From the NCBI GenBank assembly GCA_048571215.1, contig CP182352.1, positions 2,368,001-2,432,000 of the forward strand: a stretch of DNA of 64,000 nucleotides. Reading direction: 5' to 3'. The notes beneath the pieces were generated by a model that was given only the letters and a program-made list of their open reading frames with translations, was not told where the DNA came from and did no database searches. The translations under genes and the position numbers were made by a program. Source of the stretch: Halarcobacter sp. (lineage in GTDB: Bacteria; Campylobacterota; Campylobacteria; Campylobacterales; Arcobacteraceae). Of this stretch, positions 1 through 9,965 are shown in pieces (positions within the stretch are counted from its first letter, which is position 1; the number at the start of each line of letters is the position of its first letter).

Positions 1-468
1 CTCATATTTTGCATTTGATATTCTTTTTTCAATAACCTCTTTTGAGTCTGTTTTTCTACTTGTTAGTCTTTGTTCTAATATTTCAAGTGAGGGGGTTGTT
101 ATAAATACAGAAGTTACTATATCATTTAGTTTTTTTCTTACTATATCATGCCCTTGAACATCTATATCAAAAACAACTAATTTACCTTCACTTACTGCTT
201 TTTTGATTGGTTTTAAAGAGGTACCATAATAGTTTCCATGAACATCTGCATACTCTAAGAAGTGTCCATTTTTAATATCTTCTTCAAAATCCTCTTTTTT
301 TACAAAAAAATAATCAACTCCATCTTGTTCACCAACTCTTGGTTCTCTTGTAGTTGTTGATATAGAGAAATAGTAGTTATCTATACTTTCGTAAACTTTT
401 TTTAGTAGTGTTGATTTTCCACAACCACTAGGTCCAGATAGAATTAAAATCGCACCTTTTTTTTCCAT
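1..468 (-). CDS. gmk: Guanylate kinase (5' part; runs off window start)
   Basis: Manual translation MEKKGAILILSGPSGCGKST...YFSISTTTREPR; P-loop and GK signature; ATG overlaps the upstream TAA. Confidence 0.95.
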   Translation of the reverse strand, partial: MEKKGAILILSGPSGCGKSTLLKKVYESIDNYYFSISTTTREPRVGEQDGVDYFFVKKEDFEEDIKNGHFLEYADVHGNYYGTSLKPIKKAVSEGKLVVFDIDVQGHDIVRKKLNDIVTSVFITTPSLEILEQRLTSRKTDSKEVIEKRISNAKYE

Positions 469-1241
469 TATTTATTTACCTTTAAAGATAGTCTAACATC
501 TACATCTTCCCCATTTGACAATCTATCAATAACACCTTGATCAAATTTTTGTAAAAATGGTTTTAATTCATCAATATTATAATTGTTTAATAATAGATTG
601 ATTGGTTCTGTATTTGGTGCTTGTTTTTCCATATCAAACTCAAACTCCCTAACCTCACTTAAAGCTTCATCTATTATTTCACTTATATCTTTCCAATCAG
701 ATTTTTCAACCACATGGTTTTGAATATCATCATCATGTAAAATATCACTTATTTTGTGTAATTCTAAATTATCTAATACTCCACCATCATTCATTGATGC
801 AAAGGTTACGATACTTTCATCATTTTCCTCTTCAATATCATAAGCTACATCATCTGCCAAAGACTCTACATAGTTAGTAATCACTTCCTCCTCATTAATA
901 TTATTTCTTATATCCTCATGAGTTGTAGAATCCTCTTTTATATAATCAACTTGTTCTTTTAAAATCTCAGTTAGTTTTGCAGGCAAGAATGGTCTATTTA
1001 TTATAAAATCCCTAGATTTATCAAAAGATAACTCTTCGCTAGTGATTGCTCCAAGTTTTTTTGTATGAGCTTTTATTTTATTGAAATCATCATTTATAAA
1101 CTCTTCATCAACTATAACTAAGTCAACATCCTCTTTAATATCTAAATTATCTTTTATAATTAGATTTAAATCAAGTTTTTTACACACTAAAGAGAATATT
1201 TTTCCGATTATTTCTGTATTTGTTATAAGTATCAAGTTCAT
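468..1241 (-). CDS. Highly acidic hypothetical protein with a degenerate receiver-like N-terminus
   Basis: 257-aa ORF coupled to the ABC ATPase and gmk; D/E-rich. Confidence 0.7.
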   Translation of the reverse strand: MNLILITNTEIIGKIFSLVCKKLDLNLIIKDNLDIKEDVDLVIVDEEFINDDFNKIKAHTKKLGAITSEELSFDKSRDFIINRPFLPAKLTEILKEQVDYIKEDSTTHEDIRNNINEEEVITNYVESLADDVAYDIEEENDESIVTFASMNDGGVLDNLELHKISDILHDDDIQNHVVEKSDWKDISEIIDEALSEVREFEFDMEKQAPNTEPINLLLNNYNIDELKPFLQKFDQGVIDRLSNGEDVDVRLSLKVNK

Positions 1242-1931
1242 CTATTTCAATTCCATAAGCCCTAAATTTTCAAGTTTATATACCTTGTCACATAGATTTG
1301 CCAAATCATTTTCATGTGTAACAAGTATCATTGCTGCATCATTTTCTTTTACATATTCATTTAGAGTTTCCATTACTACTAAAGCAGTTTCTTTGTCTAA
1401 ATTTCCTGTTGGTTCATCCGCAAATATAACTTTTGGTTTTTTCATTAAAACCCTTGCAATAGACAATCTTTGTTGTTGTCCACCACTTAATTCACCAATA
1501 CCTTGATTCATCACAAAACCAATATCAAGCTTTTCAAGTAAAGATTCATCTATACCATTTCCACTTAATAAAGTTGCAACTTTTAGGTTATCATTTGCAG
1601 TAAATCCCCTAAAGAGATAATGTGCTTGAAATATTATACCAAAATCTTCTCTTCTTATATTTAAAAGCTTTTTCTTTTTGATAGAATATATATTATTATT
1701 GTTATAGATAACTTCACCAAACTTCGGTTTTAAAAGAGATGATAAAATATTTAAAAGTGTTGATTTTCCACTTCCACTCATACCAATTATTGCAATTGTT
1801 TCTTTCTTGTGAAGTGATAGATTTATATTTTCAAAGAGTTTATAATCAAACTCATGAGAGAGATTTTTTACTTCTATTATAGAAGTGTCGTCAGGAGCAA
1901 CAAGTGAGTTTTCTTTTAGTTGTTCACCCAT
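1242..1931 (-). CDS. ABC transporter ATP-binding protein (LolD/MacB-like)
   Basis: GMSGSGKST, LSGGQQQR, FADEPTGNLD, VTHE. Confidence 0.93.
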   Translation of the reverse strand: MGEQLKENSLVAPDDTSIIEVKNLSHEFDYKLFENINLSLHKKETIAIIGMSGSGKSTLLNILSSLLKPKFGEVIYNNNNIYSIKKKKLLNIRREDFGIIFQAHYLFRGFTANDNLKVATLLSGNGIDESLLEKLDIGFVMNQGIGELSGGQQQRLSIARVLMKKPKVIFADEPTGNLDKETALVVMETLNEYVKENDAAMILVTHENDLANLCDKVYKLENLGLMELK

Positions 1932-1952
1932 TACTCAAGACTTCATTTTGTA

Positions 1953-3005
1953 TTATTTACCCATTTGCGCTGCAACTTCAGCTGCGAAATCTTCTTCTTT
2001 TTTCTCGATACCTTCACCAAGTTCAAATCTTACATATTCAACAATTTGAATTGATTTGTCAACATCAGCGATAGCTTGTTCTACAGTTTTTTTATCATCC
2101 ATTACATAGCTTTGAGAAAGAAGTGCTAATCTTCTATCTAACTCAGTATTATCTTGGATAAATCTTTCCATTTGACCAGGAATGATTTTGTCCCAAATTT
2201 TTTCTGGTTTACCTTGTGCTTGTAACTCTTTTTTGAACTCTTCTTCTGCTTTTTCTAAAGCATCCATTGTAAGTTGTGATTTAGAAACAAACTCTGGGAT
2301 TTTTTTAAGAGGTTTTCCAAGTCTTACTAACTCATCATTCTCAGCTTCAATCTCAGCAACGATTGCTCTATTTTCAGCTTCAACAAACTCAGGGTCTAAG
2401 TTTTCGTATGAAATTACAACTGGTTTCATAGCTGATGCATGCATTGCAATATTTTTTAATAAATCTTTAGTTTTATCTTTAACAGCTTCATCACAAGTAG
2501 CAGCTAAAAGAACACCAACCTTACCAGTTGCATGAACATAACCATTGATTACACCAGTATCAGTTGAGATTGTAACCATTTTTCTAGCTACAATATTTTC
2601 ACCGATTGTTGCGATTTTTTCATTTAAAAACTCTTCAAAGTTTTGACCATTGATAGTAGTTTTCTTTAACTCTTCAGTTTCACTTGCCCCTGTTGCTTGA
2701 ACGTGAGCTGTGATATCTTTTGTTAATTTGATGAAATTATCATTTTTTGCAACAAAGTCTGTTTGTGAATTGATCTCAGTCATAGTTGCTTTTGTATTAT
2801 CGTCACTAATTAAAATGTCGATTAAACCTTCAGCAGCAATATTCCCACTTTTTTTAGCAGCTTTACTTAAACCTGCTTCTCTTAAGTGTTGAATCGCTTT
2901 ATCTATATCACCTTCAGTTTCATTAAGTGCATTTTTACAATCAAGCATTCCTGCACCAGTCATCTCTCTTAGTTGTTTTATAAGTTTTGGAGTTGCTCCA
3001 GCCAT
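1953..3005 (-). CDS. tsf: Elongation factor Ts
   Basis: LREMTGAGMLDCK, TDFVAKN, EDFAAEVAAQ; start moved to the ATG of MAGATPK just after the rpsB stop. Confidence 0.98.
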   Translation of the reverse strand: MAGATPKLIKQLREMTGAGMLDCKNALNETEGDIDKAIQHLREAGLSKAAKKSGNIAAEGLIDILISDDNTKATMTEINSQTDFVAKNDNFIKLTKDITAHVQATGASETEELKKTTINGQNFEEFLNEKIATIGENIVARKMVTISTDTGVINGYVHATGKVGVLLAATCDEAVKDKTKDLLKNIAMHASAMKPVVISYENLDPEFVEAENRAIVAEIEAENDELVRLGKPLKKIPEFVSKSQLTMDALEKAEEEFKKELQAQGKPEKIWDKIIPGQMERFIQDNTELDRRLALLSQSYVMDDKKTVEQAIADVDKSIQIVEYVRFELGEGIEKKEEDFAAEVAAQMGK

Positions 3006-3006
3006 C

Positions 3007-3813
3007 TTATGCTTCCTCTGTAGTTTTTTCTTCAGTTTCAACTGCTTCAGCTTCACCTTCTGCTACTGCTTCAGCAACAACTTCACTAGTTTCTTCTTCA
3101 GATACTGGTTCAATATCTTCACCAGTTTCTTCAGCTAGCATTGCTTTACCTTCATTCATAGCTTCAGCCATCTCTTTACAAAATAATTGAATAGATCTAA
3201 TTGCATCATCATTTCCAGGAATTGGTAAATCAACTACATCTGGGTCACAGTTAGTATCTAATGGTGCTACAACTTTAATACCTAATCTTCTTGCTTCTTG
3301 AATAGCGATTTTTTCTTTTACTGCATCTAAAACAAACATCATATCTGGTAATTTATTCATCTCTTTAATTCCACCAAGATATAACTCTAACTTTTCTTCT
3401 TTTCTAGTAAGCATTAATGCTTCTTTTTTAGTTAAAAGATCTAATTGACCTTCTTCTCTCATTTTTTTAATAACTTCTAATTTTCTAATTGATTTTTTTA
3501 TTGTTCCGTAGTTTGTTAACATCCCACCTAACCATCTGTGGTTAACGTATGGCATACCACAAGAGATAGCCGCATCTTTTACAGCTTGGCTTGCTTGTTT
3601 TTTCGTACCAACGAAAATCATTGTTTCACCTTGAGCTGCTGCATCTCTAACTACATTATATGTATATCTGAAATATCTTAATGTCTTTTGTAAGTCAATA
3701 ATATAGATATTTTTTCTAACACCGAAAATGAATTTTTTCATTTTTGGATTCCATCTTCTTGTTTGGTGTCCGAAGTGTACACCACATTCTAATAGGTCTT
3801 TCATTGTAACCAT
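3007..3813 (-). CDS. rpsB: 30S ribosomal protein S2
   Basis: [25 protein letters not shown]. Confidence 0.99.
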   Translation of the reverse strand: MVTMKDLLECGVHFGHQTRRWNPKMKKFIFGVRKNIYIIDLQKTLRYFRYTYNVVRDAAAQGETMIFVGTKKQASQAVKDAAISCGMPYVNHRWLGGMLTNYGTIKKSIRKLEVIKKMREEGQLDLLTKKEALMLTRKEEKLELYLGGIKEMNKLPDMMFVLDAVKEKIAIQEARRLGIKVVAPLDTNCDPDVVDLPIPGNDDAIRSIQLFCKEMAEAMNEGKAMLAEETGEDIEPVSEEETSEVVAEAVAEGEAEAVETEEKTTEEA

Positions 3814-3933
3814 AGTTTTTCCTTGTTTTTTAATTTATTTGTCTTCTTTTTATAGCGCAAAAGTAAATTTTGCTAAAAAGAAGCAAAAACCTAAAGAGAA
3901 CACACGAGTTGTTCTTAATTAAGTTCTTAATTT

Positions 3934-4010
3934 TTAGGGTTTAGCCTCTGTGCCCCTTAATGATTTTCATCACAACCCATACCAGGATTGACACATGTGA
4001 GGTTTCTATT
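3934..4010 (-). ncRNA. rpsB leader (t44/S2 autoregulatory-type cis RNA)
   Basis: Minus-strand CACATGTGTC...GGGGCACAGAGGCTAAACCC resembles the conserved 3' block of the rpsB leader; TAAAAT -10 near 4028-4033; boundaries approximate. Confidence 0.6.
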
Positions 4011-4141
4011 TTGGAAATAGAGTCGTGATTTTATCTAAGTTAACTTTAATTTTACTTGAAATTAAAATATATTATAATTTAAAAAAAAGAAAAAAATATC
4101 TTTTTTATAGATTTTTTGATAAAATATCTAAAAGGAGTTAC

Positions 4142-5032
4142 ATGTTATTTCCTGATAATTTTAAAAAAGAAAATATCTTATATAAGGGTGTAAATTTTCA
4201 TTTTGTTCATGGGGGACATTCAAGAGGAACTCCCCTACTTTTGCTTCATGGCTACCCTCAAACACATCTTATGTGGCATAAAATTGTAAAAGAATTATCA
4301 CAAAAATATTATGTGATTTGTCCAGACTTAAAAGGGTATGGTGATAGTTCTAAACCTGCAGGTTTAAAAAATCATATAAACTACTCAAAAAAAGCTATGG
4401 CTGAAGATATGATAAATATTATGGATTATTTAGATTTTCAAGAGTTTTATGTAGCAGGTCATGATAGGGGCGCAAGAGTCACACACAGGATGTGTCTTGA
4501 TTATCCAGATAGAGTTTTAAAAGCTTGTGTTATGGATATAGTTCCAACTTTATATATGTTTGATAATACGAATCAAAAATTTGCAACAGAATACTATCAC
4601 TGGTTTTTCCTAATACAACCTGATAATCTACCAGAAACTTTAATTGGCTCAAACCCTGAATATTATTTAAAAGAAAAACTTAAAAGATGGAGTGATAAGG
4701 ATGTTGAGTTTAGTGAAAAATTTGATGATGAAGTAGTTAAAGAATATGTAAGATGTTTTGATACGGATTCTATACACGCGACTTGTGAAGATTATAGAGC
4801 TGCAGCTTCTATTGATATGAATGATGATGAAGATGATAGAAAAAAGAAGATTCAGATGCAACTGCTTGTTTTATGGGGAAGATATGGCTTCATATACAAA
4901 ACCTATGATGTCTTAGAAGTTTGGAAAAAATATGCACTAAAAGTACAAGGCAAAGCTTTAGATTGTGGACATTTTTTACCAGAAGAGAAACCAAAAGAGG
5001 TATTAGAAGAGATGATGAAATTTTTTAAATAA
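4142..5032 (+). CDS. Alpha/beta hydrolase, fluoroacetate/haloacetate dehalogenase family
   Basis: HGYPQTH, GHDRGARV, DIVPT, YHWFF, CEDYRA, GHFLPEE; AAGGAG RBS before ATG 4142. Confidence 0.88.
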   Translation: MLFPDNFKKENILYKGVNFHFVHGGHSRGTPLLLLHGYPQTHLMWHKIVKELSQKYYVICPDLKGYGDSSKPAGLKNHINYSKKAMAEDMINIMDYLDFQEFYVAGHDRGARVTHRMCLDYPDRVLKACVMDIVPTLYMFDNTNQKFATEYYHWFFLIQPDNLPETLIGSNPEYYLKEKLKRWSDKDVEFSEKFDDEVVKEYVRCFDTDSIHATCEDYRAAASIDMNDDEDDRKKKIQMQLLVLWGRYGFIYKTYDVLEVWKKYALKVQGKALDCGHFLPEEKPKEVLEEMMKFFK

Positions 5033-5049
5033 AAGGAGGTTTTCCTTTT
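5031..5049. terminator. Short bidirectional hairpin between convergent genes
   Basis: AAAAGGA-GGTTT-TCCTTTT. Confidence 0.5.
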
Positions 5050-5051
5050 AT

Positions 5052-6029
5052 TTAGGCGCTTACTGGTTCTAATTTAATATCATCTTTCACACAATCTTTT
5101 ATAATATTGTATCCATGATTAAGTGCAAGGGCTATTGAGCCTCCAATATCTCCTGCGATATCACCTGCTAGATAAACACCTTGTGAATTTAAATTCTTTT
5201 CATCCACTATTGGATGATTTTTTTCATCTAATATTACACAACAGCTTTGTAAAAACTCTTTAGGGGTAACACCACCTAAAGCATAGATGATTCTATCATA
5301 TTTTGCAGTTTCACCATTGGTATAATAAACTTTAAATTTTCCATCTTCATCTTCTAACTTTTCTATATCTATTCCAAGTTTTAACTCTATCTCTTTATCT
5401 TCAACACAGTTCATAAGATTTTTTATGTTTTTAGGATTTGCTTTTGTGATTTCATCTCTTCTATAATTAAGGGTTACCCTATTGTCTTGATGGATAAAAT
5501 AAGCATATTCACAGGCACTATCTCCACCACCTACAACTAAAACATCTTCATTTCCTTTACAATCTGCAATTGTATGATTTGCATGTGATTTTAAACTTGA
5601 AGGGATTTTATAATCAGGTTTATTTGGTTTACCCATCTTACCTATTGCAATCACAATATTTTTAGCATAATAAACCTCACCAGTAGTAGTTATAAGTTTA
5701 AATTTATTGATAAGTTTTTTTACACTTGCTATTTCTGTATTAAATTTTGCATCTAAAAGTTTCTTTTCTAAAGAATCTTCAAATAAATCTAATGTTGTCT
5801 CTTTTGTTCCATCTTCAAAATCAATGTGACCTTTTAAATCTACATGTATCCCTTTCCAATCTTTATCAACTGGTTTATTGTCATTGAAATATCTTCTTAT
5901 AGTGTCACTATGATTGTTACTTTTTTCAAAAAGTAAAATATCTTTCATACCAAAGATTATTGCTTCACATGAAGTTGCAATACCAGCAGGACCAGCACCA
6001 ATTATTGCTATATCGTAAACTCTACTCAT
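5052..6029 (-). CDS. fqrB: NAD(P)H flavin oxidoreductase, FqrB-like (TrxB fold without CxxC)
   Basis: GAGPAG, VGGGDSA, LKGHIDF, AIGKMGKPN, SIALALNHGY; closely resembles H. pylori FqrB as I recall it. Confidence 0.75.
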   Translation of the reverse strand: MSRVYDIAIIGAGPAGIATSCEAIIFGMKDILLFEKSNNHSDTIRRYFNDNKPVDKDWKGIHVDLKGHIDFEDGTKETTLDLFEDSLEKKLLDAKFNTEIASVKKLINKFKLITTTGEVYYAKNIVIAIGKMGKPNKPDYKIPSSLKSHANHTIADCKGNEDVLVVGGGDSACEYAYFIHQDNRVTLNYRRDEITKANPKNIKNLMNCVEDKEIELKLGIDIEKLEDEDGKFKVYYTNGETAKYDRIIYALGGVTPKEFLQSCCVILDEKNHPIVDEKNLNSQGVYLAGDIAGDIGGSIALALNHGYNIIKDCVKDDIKLEPVSA

Positions 6030-6316
6030 ATCAATCTCCTTTTGTTTTTTATAATCTATATTTTATATTATACTAACAAGAAAAACTTAATCGAAAAATT
6101 AACTGTTTACTTTTTAGGCAAAAAATTTTGAATATAACTTGAGTATTAATCTGCTGTTGTAACATCTAATTTAAGGAAACAATAAGCTTGGTATTTTTAT
6201 TCTAAAATATGTGCATATCTCTATATTTGAAAGTAAAGGTTAGAGTATTTTGTGGAGAGTTATTTAAAAAGATTAAAAGTTTTTGATTTAACTGAGCTCT
6301 ATTTTAAAGTTTGGAT

Positions 6317-6342
6317 AAAAGACCATCTAAGATGATCTTTTT
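6317..6342 (-). terminator. Probable terminator of the SCO-MCP operon
   Basis: AAAAGACCATC-TAA-GATGATCTTTT hairpin downstream of the MCP stop. Confidence 0.5.
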
Positions 6343-6366
6343 CCTATGAAAGATGCCAAAGTATAT

Positions 6367-8220
6367 TTAAAAGCTTTCCCACTCATCATTATCTGAATCT
6401 ACTGTAGTTTTTGCTTTTATTTCTACTTGCTCTACTTTTTTCTTTTCAGGTTTAACAGTATTTACTTTTCCCACTTTTTCTACTTTTTCTACTTTCTTTG
6501 CTTTTTCAAGTTTTGTTGCTTGAACAGTGTCTTTACCTATAAACTCTTTTTCATCGGCACTTTTTAAAATGATCTCTGCGATTTGTTGAGTTTGAATTGC
6601 GATATCATTTGTTTCATTTGCTACTGAAGCATTTTGCTGAGTTTGTTTATCTAAAGAGTTGATTGCATCATTGATTTGTACAATCCCTGTTTCTTGCTCT
6701 TTACTTGCATTTGTAACATTTGTAATTAATTCAATTGTTTCACTGATTTTATTAGTTAAATCACTATATCCACCTATCATATCAGCTGCAATTGTTTTAC
6801 CTTCATTTGCTTTTATAGTGGCATTTTCTACTAAATCTTTGATCTCTTTAGCTGCCTCAGCTGAACGTGATGCAAGGTTTCTTACCTCTTGTGCAACAAC
6901 TGCGAATCCTTTACCTGCTTCCCCAGCAGTAGCAGCTTCAACAGCAGCATTTAGTGAAAGAATATTTGTTTGAAAAGCTATTTGATCAATCACTGTGATT
7001 GAGTCATTAATAGCTTGAACTTGCGCATTAATATCTTCCATAGCTGTAGTTGTTTTTGTTGCTAAGTTCTCACCCTCTTGTGCAGAGCTATTTAAATTAT
7101 TTGCAAGGGTAAACATTTTATTTATGTTTTCATTACTTGATTTAATAATAGATGTTATCTCTTCCACAGCAGCTGCTGTTTCTTCAAGGGAAGCTGCCGC
7201 TTGATTTGAAGAGTCATTTAGTGTTTTTACAGTTGAAGATAATGTGGTAGCACTATTTTGAATAACAAGTCCATTTTGCTTATCTTCTATTAAAATTTTA
7301 GTAATACCATCTGCTAATTTATTTAGGTTCTCGGCAGTTTGACCTTTAGAATCAACTTTTGTAGTAAAGTTATAATTTGTGAAGTTTTCCAATACACTTG
7401 AGATTTTATTAATATCATCTGCAATTTTATTTTCTAAATTATCCATCATATTATTTATAATCTCTTTTAATGACTTGATGTTCTCATCTGTAGTATCTGA
7501 GTGAACTCTTTTGGTTAGTTTCCCTTCATTAACACTATTTGCTACTTCAATAGTTTCATCTATTATACTTTTATTTAATAAAGTTTCTTTTTGTAACTTT
7601 TCAAATGAAGCTGTTGCTTCTAGTTGAAGTTTTTTAGCTTCAATAAACTGTTTTATTACTGAATAAACAATATAAATAAGAACTACTTCTTCAAAAACAA
7701 ATACAATAATATGAATAAACGTAAATAGCCAACTACAGTTAGTACTCATCAATATAATTTCATGCCCCATAACAGTAGCACCATTTAATTGTAAATATGT
7801 AAATAACAAGTGGTGTACAGCTGTTACTACAGTCATTGCTAAAATTGCTGTAAGGTCTTTATACACTACAAGAGCTGCTACATAAACAAAAAAGAAAAAG
7901 TGCATCTCTATCATACCAAGCTGTTGAGCAATCATAATAGCTGGATAAACAGTAAATGCTGTACCAAAAATAATACGTGAAAGCACCGTTCCTTTAAACA
8001 TTGTGTAGGCTATGATAGTAGATGTTAAAGTAATACCTCCACCTATAATACCAAGTTTATAAGTTTCATTAGCATATGAAGTTATAGCTGCCACAATTAT
8101 AAAACTTACTATGGATACTACAAGCATCATTTTATCTGCACTTTCATACTCTTTAACCAAACTCTCTTGAATCTCTTTAGATAAACTTTTATCTAAAAAT
8201 GGAAAAAGCATCTTAATCAT
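6367..8220 (-). CDS. Methyl-accepting chemotaxis protein with a multi-TM, His-containing N-terminal domain
   Basis: [35 protein letters not shown]-terminal DEWESF tether; 5-6 TM helices. Confidence 0.95.
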   Translation of the reverse strand: MIKMLFPFLDKSLSKEIQESLVKEYESADKMMLVVSIVSFIIVAAITSYANETYKLGIIGGGITLTSTIIAYTMFKGTVLSRIIFGTAFTVYPAIMIAQQLGMIEMHFFFFVYVAALVVYKDLTAILAMTVVTAVHHLLFTYLQLNGATVMGHEIILMSTNCSWLFTFIHIIVFVFEEVVLIYIVYSVIKQFIEAKKLQLEATASFEKLQKETLLNKSIIDETIEVANSVNEGKLTKRVHSDTTDENIKSLKEIINNMMDNLENKIADDINKISSVLENFTNYNFTTKVDSKGQTAENLNKLADGITKILIEDKQNGLVIQNSATTLSSTVKTLNDSSNQAAASLEETAAAVEEITSIIKSSNENINKMFTLANNLNSSAQEGENLATKTTTAMEDINAQVQAINDSITVIDQIAFQTNILSLNAAVEAATAGEAGKGFAVVAQEVRNLASRSAEAAKEIKDLVENATIKANEGKTIAADMIGGYSDLTNKISETIELITNVTNASKEQETGIVQINDAINSLDKQTQQNASVANETNDIAIQTQQIAEIILKSADEKEFIGKDTVQATKLEKAKKVEKVEKVGKVNTVKPEKKKVEQVEIKAKTTVDSDNDEWESF

Positions 8221-8788
8221 TGTTACCCCTCTTTAATGTATTTAAATCATTTGATATATATTCAATATCAAATGGCCTTGCCGTGTATATAAATTTTTGT
8301 TTATACATATTACTCCCACTTTTTTCTAATAGATATAAAAAACCTGTATGGTCTATATCTATTTTATTTACTGGTGAATATTTTACTTGAAGTTTTGATG
8401 TAATGTCAAATAGTTTTTTATCATCTAAATATATCCCCTTGAAATCTTTATTAAAAGCCTTAGCAAATGGATCAACATCATCTTTAAATATATTAGGTTG
8501 TAGATTTATAAAATAGAAACTGAATTGCTCTTTATCTAACTTATTATATATTTGACTTATCTCACTTAATGCTGGAGGGCAAATATTATCACAACCCGCA
8601 TAACCAAAAAATAATAGTACATACTCTTTGGTTTCATCTTTTAAAAAATCAAAATGGAGATTTTGAATCTCTTTATTTACCTTCCCTGCTTTATCATTAG
8701 AATAAAATACTGGTAAGGCTGTTGAAAAGATAGTTGCTATAAGAATAATAATAATTATTAAACCAAAAAACTTCTTTTTCTTTGACAT
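8213..8788 (-). CDS. SCO1/SenC family copper-binding protein
   Basis: N-terminal [14 protein letters not shown] (CxxxC), distal DHTG His. Confidence 0.9.
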   Translation of the reverse strand: MSKKKKFFGLIIIIILIATIFSTALPVFYSNDKAGKVNKEIQNLHFDFLKDETKEYVLLFFGYAGCDNICPPALSEISQIYNKLDKEQFSFYFINLQPNIFKDDVDPFAKAFNKDFKGIYLDDKKLFDITSKLQVKYSPVNKIDIDHTGFLYLLEKSGSNMYKQKFIYTARPFDIEYISNDLNTLKRGNND

Positions 8789-8935
8789 TATCTACTCCCT
8801 TAAAACTTCTTATTAATACTTTATTAGTTAAATTCTTAAAAGATTCTTAATAGATTATTAAAAATATAAAGCTAATAAAATAAAGTTGTAATATATTTTA
8901 AGATTATAAAGTTTATTGATTTTAAACCTGAGTTA

Positions 8936-8954
8936 GGTAGCGACTGTTCCCTTT
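8936..8954 (-). repeat. Cassette site R1 (degenerate): AAAGGGA-ACAGT-CGCTACC
   Basis: Matches the left arm and core of R2-R5; overlaps the stop codon of the last cassette gene. Confidence 0.6.
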
Positions 8955-9139
8955 ATCTCTTTCTTTTGATTAAAGACCATAAAATTAGTAATCCAAAAAG
9001 AATAAAAAATATTCCAATAGGATAATAAAGAAAAGGAGAATCTAAGTCAAAATAAATTCCTCTACCCATAATTTCTTTTGTAACTATTACTTTAACCCCC
9101 CAACATAATAAAAAGAATTCCAACTATAAATACTATCAT
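8953..9139 (-). pseudogene. Small 2-TM putative immunity protein, frameshifted in a G6 run
   Basis: Removing one G (C run 9096-9101) gives the 61-aa MIVFIVGILFIMLGVKVIVTKEIMGRGIYFDLDSPFLYYPIGIFFILFGLLILWSLIKRKR; AAGGA RBS. Confidence 0.7.
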
Positions 9140-9206
9140 TTAATTAGTCCTTAAAATAATTTACAATTGATCATTTAATAATTCTTCTGGAGAAAAAAGG
9201 TAGAAA

Positions 9207-9225
9207 AAAGGTACCTGTCACCTTT
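9207..9225 (-). repeat. Cassette site R2: AAAGGTG-ACAGG-TACCTTT
   Basis: 18/19 identical to R3; 11-bp tandem duplication AGAAAAAAGGT at 9191-9212. Confidence 0.9.
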
Positions 9226-9234
9226 ATTTTTATT

Positions 9235-9591
9235 TCAATTTAGTTCTTCCCATATCTCTTTTTTGTCATCTTTATTATAATATTTTTCCAAATTTATCGT
9301 TTTAATATTACATTTAGGACATATACCATCTTTTAAATTAGGGTAATTATATGTTTCTTTACATTTTGGACATTTTGAATATTCTATAGATTGAAATTTT
9401 CTTTTTCTTTTAATTGCATAAATATATATTATAAGTCCAAAAATCATTTCAATCGAACCAATTATTATTCCATTGCTAATATCATGATAATAAATAACAC
9501 TTTTACCACCAATACCAGGAATATATTTGATATTAAAGAATATACCCAATAATCCTCCGATTATAAATAATATACCAATAAATTGAATCAT
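9235..9591 (-). CDS. 2-TM membrane protein with a C-terminal zinc ribbon, putative immunity protein
   Basis: Two hydrophobic helices, then CPKC...CPKC; ATG overlaps the TGA of an upstream coding tail (ATGA). Confidence 0.75.
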   Translation of the reverse strand: MIQFIGILFIIGGLLGIFFNIKYIPGIGGKSVIYYHDISNGIIIGSIEMIFGLIIYIYAIKRKRKFQSIEYSKCPKCKETYNYPNLKDGICPKCNIKTINLEKYYNKDDKKEIWEELN

Positions 9592-9632
9592 TGTTTTGGA
9601 ACACTTTTATCATTAGGATCATAACTAGGTAA

Positions 9633-9651
9633 AAAGGTGCCTGTCACCTTT
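9633..9651 (-). repeat. Cassette site R3: AAAGGTG-ACAGG-CACCTTT
   Basis: Perfect 7-bp inverted arms around a 5-bp asymmetric core. Confidence 0.9.
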
Positions 9652-9674
9652 ATTTTTTTATTGTTATTTATATA

Positions 9675-9704
9675 TGCATTCCCAAGCTGGAGCTTGGGAA
9701 CGAG
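9675..9704. repeat. REP-like palindrome
   Basis: TGCA-TTCCCAAGCT-GG-AGCTTGGGAA-CGAG; resembles the GCATTCCCA...TGGGAACGA REP class. Confidence 0.7.
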
Positions 9705-9708
9705 GAAA

Positions 9709-9727
9709 GATGGCGATTGTCCCAAAA
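9709..9727 (-). repeat. Cassette site R3b (degenerate): TTTTGGG-ACAAT-CGCCATC
   Basis: Resembles R1 (GGGA.CA.TCGC); lies 3 bp after the stop of the 72-aa gene. Confidence 0.5.
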
Positions 9728-9730
9728 TAT

Positions 9731-9949
9731 TCATAGAGAAATCCCAATTTTTTCGAATAAATCCTTAAAATCCATAGGTTTTAATTTGTGATATATGCTA
9801 CCAAATAAAACAGTTATAAAAATTGTTGTACCTGGTCCCCCTCTGTCAAAATTAATCATGTTGAATAAAGATAATATAATTGCTACTATATATCCCCAAA
9901 GTATTAATAAGCTTATATATGCAAGAATATACTGTAAAAGTTTAAACAT
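9731..9949 (-). CDS. Small 2-TM protein, putative immunity protein
   Basis: 72 aa, two hydrophobic segments, AAGGA RBS, directly after the RHS fragment. Confidence 0.7.
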   Translation of the reverse strand: MFKLLQYILAYISLLILWGYIVAIILSLFNMINFDRGGPGTTIFITVLFGSIYHKLKPMDFKDLFEKIGISL

Positions 9950-9965
9950 TATAATTTCCTTGTAT

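Noticed and set aside
1081..3922. Plus-strand ORFs 1081-1506, 2182-2535, 2710-2892, 2987-3190, 3728-3922, and similar shadow ORFs across the window
   Set aside because: Antisense or off-frame shadows of well-supported genes, with no RBS or motifs.
4025..4141. Long N-terminal extensions in the ORF track (also tsf 3056, DUF58 11806, sppA 42498, ompA 49484, hisH 56422)
   Set aside because: Downstream starts have RBSs and match the family N-termini.
6420..6520. Short [11 protein letters not shown] repeat in the MCP tail
   Set aside because: Ordinary low-complexity linker before the C-terminal pentapeptide.
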